A program made the position numbers and the translations under genes. Shown one piece after another: positions 46,890 through 59,372 of a stretch of DNA of 64,000 nucleotides (position 1 is its first letter; every line of letters starts with the position of its first letter). The notes beneath the pieces were generated by a model, which saw nothing but the letters and a program-made list of their open reading frames with translations, was not told where the DNA came from and did no database searches. Source of the stretch: Squalus acanthias (Eukaryota); the NCBI GenBank assembly GCA_030390025.1, contig CM059425.1, forward strand, positions 167,216,001 through 167,280,000, given 5' to 3'.

Positions 46890-47108
46890 AGAAAGAAAGA
46901 CTTACATTTATACAACGCCTTTCACGACCACCGGACGTCTCAAAGCACTTTACAGCCAATGAAGTACTTTTGGAGTGTAGTCACTGTTGTAATGTGGGAA
47001 ACACGGCAGCCAATTTGCGCACAGCAAGGTCCCACAAACGGCAATGTGATAATGACCAGATAATTTTTTTTTAAATGTTGATTGAGGGATAAATATTGGC
47101 CAGGACAA
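46890..47108 (-). mobile_element. Deu-domain SINE 3' part
   Basis: Reverse complement of 60635-60850. Confidence 0.8.
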
Positions 47109-47544
47109 TAGATAGAGAGAAACTAATTCTTCTGGTGGACGAGTCCAGCACAAGGGGGTAAAATTAGAGCTATGCCATTCAGATGTGATTTCAGGAAGCA
47201 CTTCTTCACACAAAGGGTAGTGGAAATCTGGAACAATCTTTTCCGTCACCCCCCCTCCAAAAATGCTGTTGAGGCTAGGTCAATTCAAACTTTCAAAACT
47301 GATGTTGATAAGATTTTTGTTAGATTAAAGTTATTAAACGATATGGAGTTCAGATGCAGATCAGCCATACTCTGCATGGTGGAACAGGCTCTAGGGGCTG
47401 AATGGCCTTCTGCTCCGAGATCATCCCTCAATCTTCTATACTAAAGGGAATACAAGCAAGTTTATGCAATGATATTTAGTGATTGCAATCACTAAAATCA
47501 CATGCTATATGTTCCTGGGGCATTCACACTAACGTGGGGAGGAG

Positions 47545-47935
47545 ATTGATGAAGTGAGTGGGCAAAACTGTGACAGATGGAATTCAGTGTCCTCCATTTT
47601 GGACCTAAAAAGATAGATCAGAATATGTTCTAAATGGTGAGAAGGTAGAAAATGGGGAGCATCAGAGATTTAGGGGTTCAAGTACAGAAATCACTAAAAG
47701 CTAGTGCACAGTTACAAAAAATAATTAAAAAGGCTACTGGAATGTTGGCCTTTATCTCAAGGGGCTGGAATATAAAAGGGTGGAAGTTATGTTACAGTTA
47801 TATAAAGCTCTGGTTAGGCCCCATTGAGAGTACTGCGTTCAGTTCTCTGCACTGCACCTCAGGAAAGATATATTGGCCTTGGGGGGTCAGTGCAGATTCA
47901 CCAGAATTATATTGAGGCTAAAAGGGTTAAATTTA
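47545..47935 (+). mobile_element. Degraded CR1 RT fragment
   Basis: RDLGVQVQKSLKASAQLQKIIKKATGMLAFISRG; similar to the 40980-41183 and 43910-44017 pieces. Confidence 0.7.
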
Positions 47936-48084
47936 ATCAAAAGAATAGATCTATTGATTATCTCATCCTGCGATTTAAGCTGTAACATATTGCAGATGAA
48001 CTTACTTTTCCAATTGGGCTCCTTTTTCTGTGATGACTGACAATTGTACTCTGACAACAGCATGCTCTTCCTGTTTGCAAAATA

Positions 48085-51000
48085 ACACAAGAACATAAGA
48101 AGCAGGAGCAGGCCATTTGGCCCCTCGAGCCTGCTCCGCCATTTAATGAGATCATGGCTGATCCGATTTTGGCCTCAACTCCACTTTCCTGCCCGCTCCC
48201 CATAACCCTTGCCTCCCCTGTTGCTCAAAAATCTGTCTATCTCAGCCTTGAATATATTCAATGACTCTGCTATCCCAGCTCTCTCGGGTAAAAATTCCAA
48301 AGATTCACGACCCTCTGAGAGAAGAAATTCCTCCTCATCTCCGTCTTAAATGGGCGGCCCCTTATTCTGAGACTATGCCCCCTCGTTCTAGATTCTGTGA
48401 CGAGGGGAAACATCTTCTTAGCATCTACCCTGTTAAGCCCCCTTAGAATCTTATATGTTTCAATAAGATCACTGCTCATTCTTCTAAACTCCAATGAGTA
48501 TAGGCCCAACCTGCTCAACCTTTCCTCATAAGGCAACCCTTCCATCCCAGGAATCAACCTAGTGAACCTTCTCTGAACTGCCTCCAATGCAAGTATATCC
48601 CTCCTTAAATAAGGGGACCAAAACTGTACACAGTACTCTAGGTGTGGTCTCACCAGCGCCCTATACAGTTGTAGCAAGACCTCTCTACTTTTATACTCTC
48701 TCCCCCTTGAAATAAAGGCCAACATTCCATTTGCCTTCCTAATTACTTGCTGCACCTGCATGTTAACTTTTTGTGTTTCATGTACGAGGACACCCAAATC
48801 CCTCTGTACCGCCGCATTCTGTAGTCATTCTCCATTTAAATAATATTTTTCTTTTCTATTCTTCCTACCAAAGTGGATAACTTCACATTTTCCCACATTA
48901 TACTCCATCTGCCAAATTCTTGCCCACTCACTTAACCTATCTATATCCCTTAACAGACTCTCTATGTCCTCCTCACAACTTGCTTTCCCACCTATCTTTG
49001 TATCATCTGCAAATTTGGCTACAATACACTCGCTTCCTTCATCGAAGTCATTAATATAGATTGAAAATAGTTGAGGCCCCAGCACTGATCCCTGTGGCAC
49101 CCCACTAGTTACAGATTGCCATCCTGAAAATGACCCCATTTATCCCAACTCTCTGTTTTCTGTTAGTTAGCCAATCCTCTATCCAATCTAATATATTACC
49201 CCCAACACCATGAGCTCTTATGCAGTAACCTTTTATGTGGCACCTTGTCGAATGCCTTTTGGAAATCCAAATACACCACATCTACTGGTTCCCCTTTATC
49301 CACCCTGCTCGTTACCTCTCAAAGAACTCTAATAGATTTGTCAAACATGATTTCCCTTCATAAAACCATGTTGACTCTGTTTGATTGTATTATGATTTTC
49401 TAAATGCCCTGCTACTACTTCCTTAATAATGGATTCGAGCATTTTGCCAATGACAGATGTTAGGCTAACTGGCCTATAGTTTCCTGCTTTCTGTCTCCCT
49501 CCGTTTTTGAATAAGGGTGTTACATTTGCGGTTTTCCAATCCGCAGGGACTTGTTCAGAGTCGAGGGAATTTTGGAAAATTACAACCAATGCATCCACTA
49601 TCTCTGTAGCCACTTCCTTTAAGACCCTAGGATGCAGGTCATCAGGTCCAGGGGACTTGTCAGCCTTTAGACCCATAAGTTTGCCTAGCACTTTTCCTCT
49701 AGTGATGGTGATTGTTTTAAGTTTCTCTCTCCTTTTTGCCTCTTGATTTTCTACTATTACTGGGATGTTTTTAGTGTCCTCTACTGTGAAGACAAATACA
49801 AAATATTTGTTTAATGCCTCTGCCATTTCCTTGTTTCCCATTATTATTTCCCCAGTCTCGTCCTCTAAGGAACCAACATTTATTTTAGCTACTCCCTTCC
49901 TTTTTATATACTTGTAGAAGCTCTTACTGTCTGTTTTTATATTTTTTGCTAGTTTACTTTGCTGGTTTCTAAAATGTTCCCAATCTTCTGGCCTACCACT
50001 AATCTTTGCAACATTGTATGTCTTTTCTTTCAATTCGATACCATCCTTAACTTCCTTGGTTAGCCATGGTTGGTTCATCCTTCTCTTCGAGTCTTTCTTT
50101 CTCACTGAAACATATCTTTGTTGAGAGTCATGAAATAGCTCTTTAAATGCCTGCCACTGCTTTTCTACCGTCTTACCTTCTAATCTATTTTCCCAGTCCA
50201 CTTTAGCCAACTCTCTCCTCATACCTTTGTAATTGCCTTTATTTATGATGTGGAGATGCCGGTGTTGGACTGGGGTGGACAAATGTGAGAAGTCGCACAA
50301 CACCAGGTTATAGTCCAACAGCTTTATTTAAATAAAACTGTTGGACTATAACCTGGTGTTGTGTGACTTCTCGCCTTTATTTAAGTTTAATACTCTAGTT
50401 TCAGACCCAAGTTTCTCACCTTCAAACTGAATGTGGAATTCTATCATGTTATGATCATTCTTCCCTCGAGGATCCTTTACTATGAGATCATTAATTAATC
50501 CTGTTTCATTACACATTACCAGATCTAAAATAGCCTGTTCCCTGGTCGGTTCCACAACGTATTGTTCCAAGAAACTGTCCCGAATACACTCTATGAACTC
50601 GTCCTCAAGGCTGCTTTTGCCAATTTGATTTGTCCAATCTATATGAAGATTAAAATCCCCCATGATTATTGCAATACCTTTCTTAGAAGCCCGCATTATT
50701 TCTTGATTTATACTATGTCCTATAGTGTAGCTACTGTTAAGGGGCCTATAGACTACTCCCATCAGTGCCGCCTTTCCCTTACTATTTCTTACCTCCACCC
50801 AAATTGATTCTACATCTGGAACTTCCGAGCCAAGATCATTTCTCACTATTGTACTGATCTCATCCTTTATTAACAGAGCTACCCCACCTCCTTTTCCTTT
50901 CTGTCTATCCTTCTGAAATGTCAAATACCCCTGAATATTCAGTTCCCAGCCTTGGTCACATTGCAACCACGTCTCTCTGATGGTTATTAGATCATACCCA

Positions 51001-52520
51001 TTTATTTCTATTTGTGCCGTCAATTCATCTATCTTGTTACGAATGCTGCGTGCATTCAGATAAAGAGCCTTTAATTTTGTCTTTTTATCATTTTCCCTAC
51101 TCTGACCTTATTTGCTGGTGCACTCTTATGTTTGTACGCTCTGTCCCTTCCTGTCACACTCTGGTTTTCATTGCCCATATCGCTACCCTGCACTATTGCC
51201 CCGTCCTTTCTCTTTAACTTTCTAAATTTCCCCTCGCTTGAACCCTTCCCCCCCACCCCACTATTTAGTTTAAAGCCCTATCTACAGCCCTAGTTATTCG
51301 ATTCACCAGGACACTGGTCCCAGCATGGTTCAAGTGAAGGCCGTCCCAACGGAACAGCTCCCTCTTTCCTCAGTACTGGTGCCAGTGCCCCATGAATCGA
51401 AACCCATTTCTCCCACACCAATCCTTGAGCCACGCATTCAACTCTCTGATCCTATTGACCCTATGCCAATTTGCTTGTGGCTCAGGTAGTAATCCAGAGA
51501 TTATTACCTTTGTGGTTCTGCTTTTTAATTTAGACCCTAGCTGCTCATACTCCCTCAGCAGAACCTCTTTCTTAGTCTTACCTACGTCATTGGTTCCTAC
51601 GTGGACCACAACAACTGGATCCTTCCCCTCCCACTCCAAGTTCCTCTCCAGCCCCGAGGAGATGTCCTTAACCCTGGCAGGCAACACAGCCTTCGGGACT
51701 CACACTCTCGGCTGCAGAGAACAGTATCTATCCCCCTAACTATACTGTCTCCTACCACTATGACATTCCTTTTTTCACCCCCCACTTGAATGGCCCCCTG
51801 TACCACGGTGCCGTGGTCAGTTTGCTCATTCTCCCTGCAGTCCCTGCTCTCGTCCACACAGGTTGCAAGAACCTCGTAACTGTCACTCGCAGTCGCACAC
51901 TCCTGTCCCTGACCACGGGCCAAATCTGAAGTTTTTAACCTAAGGGGTGTGGCTGCCTCCTGGAACAAAGTGTCCAGGTAACTTTCTCCCTCCCTGATGT
52001 ATCGCAGTGTCCGAAGCTTGGACTCCAGCCCATCAACTCTGAGCTGAAGTTCCTTGCGCTGCAGACACTAACTGCAGATGTGGTCACCCTGGATCACACT
52101 GGTGTCCACCAGCTCCCACATGCTACAGCTGCAACACATCACCTGCCCTGCCATCTCTATTGTATTTTATTTAATTAATTACGTAAATATCAGTCAATTG
52201 TCTATTTATAACTTTTAATGTAGTTAAACTAGTTAATAATCTTGTTTAATTTATTAAATTTATTAAAATAAGTTTAGTTAGTTATAAATTTAGTTATATG
52301 CTATAGGTCTTTACTGTAACCTAGCCCTCAGTCCTAAGAGAAAAGAAATACTTACCACCAAACACCTACCTGCTTACCTGTGACGTCACCCTTTGATTTT
52401 TTTTGTTATTGAATTGGAGCCTCGCTGCTCCTCCCCCGCTGGCTCTGCTCTCAGCCCTCCTCTCGCCGCGCTCTTTATTCTGCTCCCACTGCTTCTCCGG
52501 GTCTGCTCAGGTCCGCTGGA
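48085..52520 (-). mobile_element. Near full-length CR1 with disrupted ORF1 (esterase) and ORF2, 5' UTR retained
   Basis: ORF pieces 48270..51023 (EN/RT) and 51370..51968 (VGDS, GTND). ORF1 ATG at 52154. 5' region has an AT-rich block and a GC-rich end with TGACGTCA at 52381-52388. Confidence 0.9.
50246..50372. mobile_element. 127-bp Penelope-tail insertion forming a hairpin
   Basis: 11-bp TSD GCCTTTATTTA (50235-50245, 50373-50383). Inverted arms GAGAAGTCGCACAACACCAGGTTATAGTCCAACAG and CTGTTGGACTATAACCTGGTGTTGTGTGACTTCTC. Confidence 0.8.
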
Positions 52521-52566
52521 TAACAGATCAAAGATTGGGCTTGTGTCTATGAAGTAGAAAAATATG

Positions 52567-53000
52567 GGCAACACGGTGGCATAGTGGTTAGCACTGGTGC
52601 CTCACAGCGCCAGAGACCCGGGTTCGAATCTGACCTCCGGTGACTGTCTGTGTGGAGTTTGCACATTCTCCCCGTGTCTGCGTGGGTTTCCTCCGGGTGC
52701 TCCGGTTTCCTCCCACAGTCCAAAAATGTGCGGGTTAGGTTGATTTGGCTATGATAAATTGACCCTTAGTGTTAGGGGGGGGATTAAATATGTGGGGTTA
52801 TGGGGATAGGATGGCATATGTTAGGGGGAATTAAATACGTGGGGTTACGGGGGTAGGGTGGGATATGTGTACTGTGGGGATTAAAGCAGGGACAGGGTAC
52901 TGGATTTGAATGATCAGCCATGATCGTATTGAATGGTGGAGCAGGCTCGACGGGCCGAATGGCCTACTCCTGCTCCTAGATTCTATGTTTCTATGTTTCT
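52567..53000 (+). mobile_element. Full-length tRNA-derived V-SINE (HE1-like) with CR1-derived tail
   Basis: A box TGGCATAGTGG, B box GGTTCGAATC, V-domain TGTGGAGTTTGCACATTCTCCCCGTGTCTGCGTGGGTTTCCTCCGGGTGCTCCGGTTTCCTCCC, CR1-like 3' end with (TTCTATGT)n, TSD ATATG (52562-52566, 53001-53005). Confidence 0.9.
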
Positions 53001-53249
53001 ATATGATCTTTTCAAGTCAGTTTGCCATTTATTAAAACAATCATTTTTAAGGTTAAAAGTTAATACAGGGAAGCAGAAGGGGGCAAAACAGTTAAAACTG
53101 TGGAGAAGGCTAGAATAGGATGCAATTATTTAAAAAAATTAAGTTAATATAACAAAAGTTAGCAAATAGTTAATATAACAAAATGATAAGTTGAGAAGAA
53201 AAATCTTGTAACTTCAGAAACATCTGTGAAAAGCTTTATATATACAGTA

Positions 53250-53545
53250 AGTTACTTGAAATGCAGTGAAAGTGACTTATTTAGGCAAACGCGGTAGCCA
53301 TTTTATTCACAGCCAAAGTCCCACAAATGGCAGTGAATGAATAATTATTTTTGTGATGTTGATTGAGGAAAGAATGTTAGCTGGGGCACCAGCAGAATTC
53401 CCTATACTCCCATGGGAATGTTTAATACCCATCTAAACCAGGCAGGTGAGGTAAGACCTCAGTTTAACATCTCACCTGAAGGGTGGTACACTGAAGTGTC
53501 AGCCTAGATATGTACTCATACCATGGAGCGGAGTTTGAAGCTACA
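53250..53545 (-). mobile_element. Degraded Deu-domain SINE
   Basis: Reverse-complement similarity to 60440-60780. Confidence 0.6.
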
Positions 53546-53996
53546 GGGGGCGATTTTTGACGGCTCCTTCAGGCACTAAAGAGCCTCCGAGGTGGCCAAG
53601 CTGGGATCTTGAGCTGAAACGCCAGCATTTAGTGCAAGAAGTCATCTTGGTAAAGGAGTTGAAGCGTGCGCTAGGAGTGGCCGCCCGGAGGATCGTTAAG
53701 GGGCTGATTGTCACTTAAATTGCCTGCTAGCGCTCATTAACGAGGCTGCACAGCATTTTGGTGGCTAGCGCTTGAGCTAACGCCCTCTCCTAACGACTAC
53801 CAGCTGAATGAGAGTAAACAAGTTGCTGAGGATTTCGAGCACTACTTAAAGGCATACTCAGCTTTCACTGTTCACTTGCTGCTGGAGATTTGAAGAGACT
53901 TTTGAAACACATCGGGAGACTTTCTGGGACACTTTGTCAAGACTTCACCAACACTCTATCAACATTTATTCTGGAAATTCTCTGAGGACTTCACCG
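53546..53996 (+). mobile_element. Harbinger terminal fragment (same family as 4130-4608)
   Basis: Begins GGGGGCGATTTT and is collinear with the reverse complement of 4135-4608. Confidence 0.75.
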
Positions 53997-53997
53997 A

Positions 53998-54135
53998 AAG
54001 AAAGAAAAAAAGACTTGCATTTATATAGCGCCTTTCACAATCACCGAATGTCCCACAGCGCTTTACAGCCAATTAAGTACTTTTTGAAGTGCAGTCACTG
54101 TTGTAATGTAGGAAACACAGCAGCCAATTTGCGCC
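53998..54135 (-). mobile_element. Deu-domain SINE 3' tail
   Basis: AAAGACTTGCATTTATATAGCGCCTTTCAC is the reverse complement of the SINE end at 60820-60850. Confidence 0.8.
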
Positions 54136-54235
54136 TGATTTGACATTGAATTCACCCACTCTAATTCACCCTCCTTCTCAGTCCTTCTCTTGTTTATTCA
54201 CAATCCTTTAATCACATTGGTTAAGGTGATACAAT

Positions 54236-55382
54236 AGCCCAGATTTTCCAGGGCCTATGACCACATACGCACAGCATACGTGGTCGTAAGTGCCCCGCAA
54301 GTTCTAGGTTTCTGCTTGCGATGCGCATGCACGATAACCCGGAAAACATAGAAACATAGAAGATAGGAGCAGGAGTAGGCCATTCGGCCCCTCGAGCCTG
54401 CAATGTGATCATGGCTGATCATCCAAATTCAGTACCCTGTCCCTGCTTTCTCCCCATATCCCTTGATCCTCTTAGCCTTAAGAAATATATCTAACTCCTT
54501 CTTGAATATATTTAATGAATTGGACTCAACTGCTTTGTGTGGTAGAGAATTCACAGGTTCACCACTCTCTGGGTGAAGAAATTCCTCCTCATCTCAGTCC
54601 TAAATGGCTTACCCCTTATCCTTAGACTGTGACCCCTGGTTCTGGACTCCCCCACCATCGGGAACATCCTTCCTGCATCTAGTCTGTCTGGTCCTGTTAT
54701 AATTTTATAAGTTTCAATGAGATCCCCTCTCATTCTTCTAAACTCTAGCGAATACAAGCTCAATTAACCCAATCTCTCTTCATACGTCATTCCTGCCATC
54801 CCAGGTATCAGTCTGGTGAATCTTCGCTGGAACTTACGATCTGTCAGGTTTCAGCTTGAGGCGGCTGGTAAAAGCAGGCATAAGGCCTTTTTACCAGCGT
54901 AAGGGTTAAAATAAGTATTAAAATAAAAAATTTCAAATGATTTAACCATACAAACCCTTTTTTAACAATAGGTTATTTTTGGCCCCTTGAAAAATGTTTA
55001 CATTTATTTTTCAAAAAATTAAATTTTTGTTTTAAATGTTTAAATTGTATTTGAATTTAATTTTGAACATGTGATGATTTATTTTTATTTAAGTGCTGTG
55101 AAATGTATTTTCTAGGGAATTCCTAATTATGCTTATGGGGATTCCGTACGTAAATGGAATCCCCATAAGCACAATGGGAAATCCCCCTTTGTGATTGGTT
55201 GGGCTGGCCCACGTGATCCCAGGGATGCTTGCGAACCACATATGCCCCTGGGATACGTGGGCCTTTACGCAGGCCCAGGAGCGCGAGTCTTCGAAGATAT
55301 GGAGGCACCAGGTAGGTGCGTACTTTTCATGCAGTTTGGAGGCATTCACCCGGGGGAAGCCTCCGACCGCAATTTCCAGCCC
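54236..55382. mobile_element. Harbinger-type MITE interrupted by a minus-strand CR1 3' end (54345-54828)
   Basis: TIR-like ends AGCCCAGATTTT and AATTTCCAGCCC. Same GC-rich/AT-rich/GC-rich layout as 44985-45708. CR1 tail (AACATAGA)n. Confidence 0.6.
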
Positions 55383-57718
55383 ATTGTTTGTCCCATTGTT
55401 CATCAAGGTCCCAGATGCCCTGTTGCCCTCGCTGTGCTGTTATCAGCTCGCACTTCAACTCTGTGGGCAAAATTTTTGAAAACCTACGTTTAACTGATGG
55501 CACACTGAGATGCCCGCTCCAGCAAAATCTGGGCCATTGTTTTTACTATTTATATTTTGAGTGTATTACTGCAAAATGCTATCCCTGATGTTTGTGTAGC
55601 TTTGTTGATCTTAATACTGTTTTCCCCCAGCATGTCAGTGCACAAAGTGAAACTTACAAAACCAATCAACCCAATGAGCTGGGCTTTCCCTGAATCTGCT
55701 GGCAGTTTAAAGGTTAAATTGTCACATTTTACTTGCTGAAGCATATATTAATTTTGTTATATAACGGGGGCGTAGGAGAAATTAAAAGGCAGTAATCTCA
55801 TCAAGGTATTGAAATGACGTATACAACATGAGAGCAAAGCTTAAACACCTATAACTTCACTGAATCCCTTTCATGCATAAGTGACGTCAATCTAATTTTG
55901 ATGAATCGCAATTACTGTGTTTCTTGTGGAGAGAAAGGATGTCGAACATGTTGTTTGGCACAGAGACCAAAAACATGGTATATTTGCATTCAGGATTAAC
56001 TTAAATTTGGTATGGATACCATGCTCAACAGAGTGAGTGGTTGTATTTCTTTTTGTAGAATTGAACTGTTGCTTTGTGCAACATTTTTTGTCTATTTAAT
56101 TTTTTTTTCTGTTTGCGCTTTTATTTCTTTTCAAATCTTGGTAAGGTACATGTCCAGTAATGATGTAACACATCTCTGCCTTGTTCCTCTTCATGCCTGA
56201 TGACCTAAGTGTGGTTTGTTGCATGAGTCAACGGTCTGCTCTGCCTCACTCTTGCCCATCTGGGGGAATCCCTGTCGAATGTTGTGGTTGCTTCTTTATT
56301 TCTGTAATGCTCATAGAGGTTGAATTCTCTAATCTGATCATATCAAGAAATTCCATGCCTGGATATGGGATCATAATGTGGCCTTTTAGGAACCGTAAGC
56401 AGGTATCTGTAATACTGGGAAGGGACTTGCCCACCTGGGAAAAATTCTTAACTTGGGGAATGGAGGAAGTTCCTAACTTGGGGGACAAGTGATGGGGATT
56501 TTGTGGATTACACTGGGGGAGAGTTTGATAAGGTGAGGTGCTAAAAGAGGAGGGGTGGGGGGGGGGGTGGGGGCTTTGGTCATGCAAGAATCTTGGAGAT
56601 GTAGCCAGGATCCAAACAAACTTGAAGATAACAGGAGTGCATAGAACATTTGATTTTTGAGATGGTGCCTCGTTTCAGTTGCCTCCACACTCTCGTTTCC
56701 TGGTGCCAGTTGGCTCCTCACGCCCGTTGCCTCATTGCAGTTTGTGTGCAGATGACAGGCACCGTCATGGATACGTCATGCGAGATTTGCACTACTATAG
56801 GTTATCTTTCAGTTGGCCTCAGCCTGAATTTCATTGTTGTATATCTGTGTCGGTCCGGGTGGATCCTGATTGTGTTCGTTGCAGTAGGCTGATTTCCGTT
56901 GACAAAATCATGTCTTGCCACTGGGATCGTTAAAAGCAGGGGTTTGTTATAAGCAGGGTTTGTTTTGGTGAAGCTACACTGTACTATGTTTATCTGCTTC
57001 CAGTCGTGTGGAGCTCAGCAATTCCATCATGACTAGTGCCAGAGCCCCACAAATTTCCTCTCTGGCCTTTTTCTGCACTTTAGAAAAATTTAGAAATAAG
57101 AAGCATTCAATTCAGTTTTTATTTCAGATTTTAAAAATTTCCTACATTACGACGTATTTAAGGTCAGAATTAGGTGGAAATAATTTTTACCAATCTACCA
57201 ACCCAGGTGAGATCACTACCATTAATCAAGCTGACACTTTGAACAGAAAGTACTAATTGAGGTATTCCTTCACTTTAAAAAAAACTTAGATTGAAAACAA
57301 TCTGTGTGACAGAAGCAAATAAGTAATTTCTAGCACCACAATGTTAACCCTCTCATTAAGTAAATGCATCAAAACAATTCTACATATGGTCATTCTTCAC
57401 CATTTTAATGGTAGATGTGAGAGAGGCTAGGTTTATAACTTTTCTGGTAGGTCAGTAATTTGAAGTCTACATACACAGATTAAAAAAAAATCAGATCCCT
57501 TGTACCAACAGTACATGCTTTAATGCACTGTGTTTTAGTTGTCTAATGACACTTTTTATCTTTGTAAAGCTATGATACATTGACATTGTACATCATTAAG
57601 TGAAGTTTCAATATTGCCTCAATATGCCCTATTTCTTTATTATGGCCAACAAAAATCTGAAAACATCTAAGTTTAAGTCACGAAAACCCCATTGTGCTTA
57701 AATATTTCAAATCCCTAA

Positions 57719-58443
57719 GGGCCGGAATTCGCCGTTATTGCCCCTGTGAAACTGACCACAACTTCAGGATGTAGCGCATGCACATCCAAACGCGGAAATC
57801 CTGAAGTTACGGTCAGTCATTCACTGCTCCGACACTGGCTGCGCTGTGCCCCCCACCCCCCGCCCCACCCAATAGCTGGCAATCAGTGAAACAGATGAAA
57901 ACTTGGGCATTTTGGCGGTAATATCACTGTTAAATGCCCCATTAAATGTTAAGCCTTATTGGATTAGGTGTAACTGGGGTTTTACCAGCATATTGACTGC
58001 TAAACAAATGTTATGGCCGTGAAAAGTTTAATTTTGTAGAGTCAATTTTTCCATTATGATAATTAAAATTTTTAAGAAACTTAAAAAAAACCACCTTTTT
58101 TAAAAAAGTTTGTTCATATTTATTTCAGGTTTACCTTTTCTCCATGTGAGAGCCCCAATCTTTGTTTAGCTTTCTCTCTAACATTTTAAAGTTGGGATAA
58201 AAGCAGCTTTTCATTTCTTGCTTCCCTGGCTCTGTGAATTCTACATTGTGATTGGCTGCTTAGACAGCTTGTTGATGTCACAGCAGAGCGCTCTAGGGAG
58301 TCCCCATTATATTGCACTGAAATCACTTGCGTGTCGAAAAAGGCAAACTTCTCGCTACAGAGATCGCAAGATCTTTGTGGGCAGCTTTCTTCGGGGCCAG
58401 CGGCGAACACCTTTGCTTCGCAGCTGACTGCAAATTCTGGGCC
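57719..58443. mobile_element. Harbinger-type MITE
   Basis: Imperfect TIRs GGGCCGGAATTCGC and GCAAATTCTGGGCC. Layout like 44985-45708. TSD not recovered. Confidence 0.55.
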
Positions 58444-58481
58444 ACAATCTTGACCAAGGTGTTAAGGGTTTTAAACTTATA

Positions 58482-59372
58482 GGGGGAAAAATTCAGTATC
58501 GCCCCATTTGGGGCGCAATTATCGGCCGGGCGCAAAGATTAGCGCCTGGCGCTAATTATCGCCTCCGACTGCAAACTTGACTTTTATCGCCCCTGGAGGT
58601 GATTGGAGCGCTAAATCAGGCACTTCACACCTGTCTTAAGGCGTAAAGGCCGAGGAGCGAGGCGCTAACTCAGAGCGCTGGCGAAGCTCATGTGATGTCA
58701 GTCAGCAATGGAACAGAGACACAATGGCGCCTTAAAGGGGAGGGTTGATCTTGCTCTCCATCCACATCCTTCTCATTGCAGCCTTGAATCTCGGCCTGGA
58801 GAGACCTGTACATCAAATCTGCTGGATAGAACAATGGAGAGAACCAGGGAAAGAGCTCAGATTGCAGCCCCCACAGTCTCTTCTAAATAGATGCAAGGAA
58901 GGGCAAATCAAACTGAACCTGCAAAGTGCTGCTCAGTACCCAAAACTCCTCTACACAGCGTTGAATCTCTCCAGAAGTCTGTCTCTCTCTCTCTCTTTCT
59001 CAGAATGCGTGGTGCAAAAATGTCACCAACAAAAAAAGGCAGGAAGCATTCGCCTTTAAATAGCGCTCCCCCCAGTCCCTTCCTGACTGCAAAACGCTCC
59101 CCTCAACCTGTCGTTGTTGGCGGCAGGCGGTAAGGCAGGGGGCGCCACTCAATATCTGCTTTGGGGCGCTACCGGGGCGTTGCACACTCGACTGACGTCA
59201 CGATCTGCCGGCGCAGGAGATCGTGGCGGTAATTTTTAGCGCCGCCGCAAAATGTCTAGTTAATTTCGCGAGCGGCGCAAACATCACCGCGCCCGGGCGC
59301 TAGTTGCTTCACGCCCCATTAGCGCCCTCTTAAGGCGCTAACGGGAGGCGCAACCAACTGAATTTTTCCCCC
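58482..59372 (-). mobile_element. 891-bp MITE related to the Harbinger at 24263-28517
   Basis: Perfect 16-bp TIR GGGGGAAAAATTCAGT. TSD ATA (58479-58481, 59373-59375). Halves align to the reverse complements of ~28135-28517 and 24263-24680. Confidence 0.92.

Larger units (their letters stand above)
38918..47420 (+). mobile_element. Old CR1 split into five collinear pieces (38918-39107, 40859-41183, 43910-44017, 46669-46890, 47110-47420)
   Basis: The pieces continue the RT sequence in order (YMDFQ -> VPQG -> VQKIIKKA -> EYCIQFW -> FFTQRVV + tail) across the insertions. Confidence 0.7.

Noticed and set aside
49341..51023. MDYNLVLCD... N-terminus and ...KSHNTRL C-terminus shared by several ORFs
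   Set aside because: Derived from the Penelope-tail inserts (50246-50372, 43236-43300), not a real protein module.
52567..52640. tRNA gene
   Set aside because: The A/B boxes belong to a SINE head that continues into a V-domain and LINE tail with a TSD.
56200..56985. Possible pogo/Tigger-like remnant ending in ...CACTGTA
   Set aside because: No matching left TIR or recognisable transposase motif found, so not supportable.
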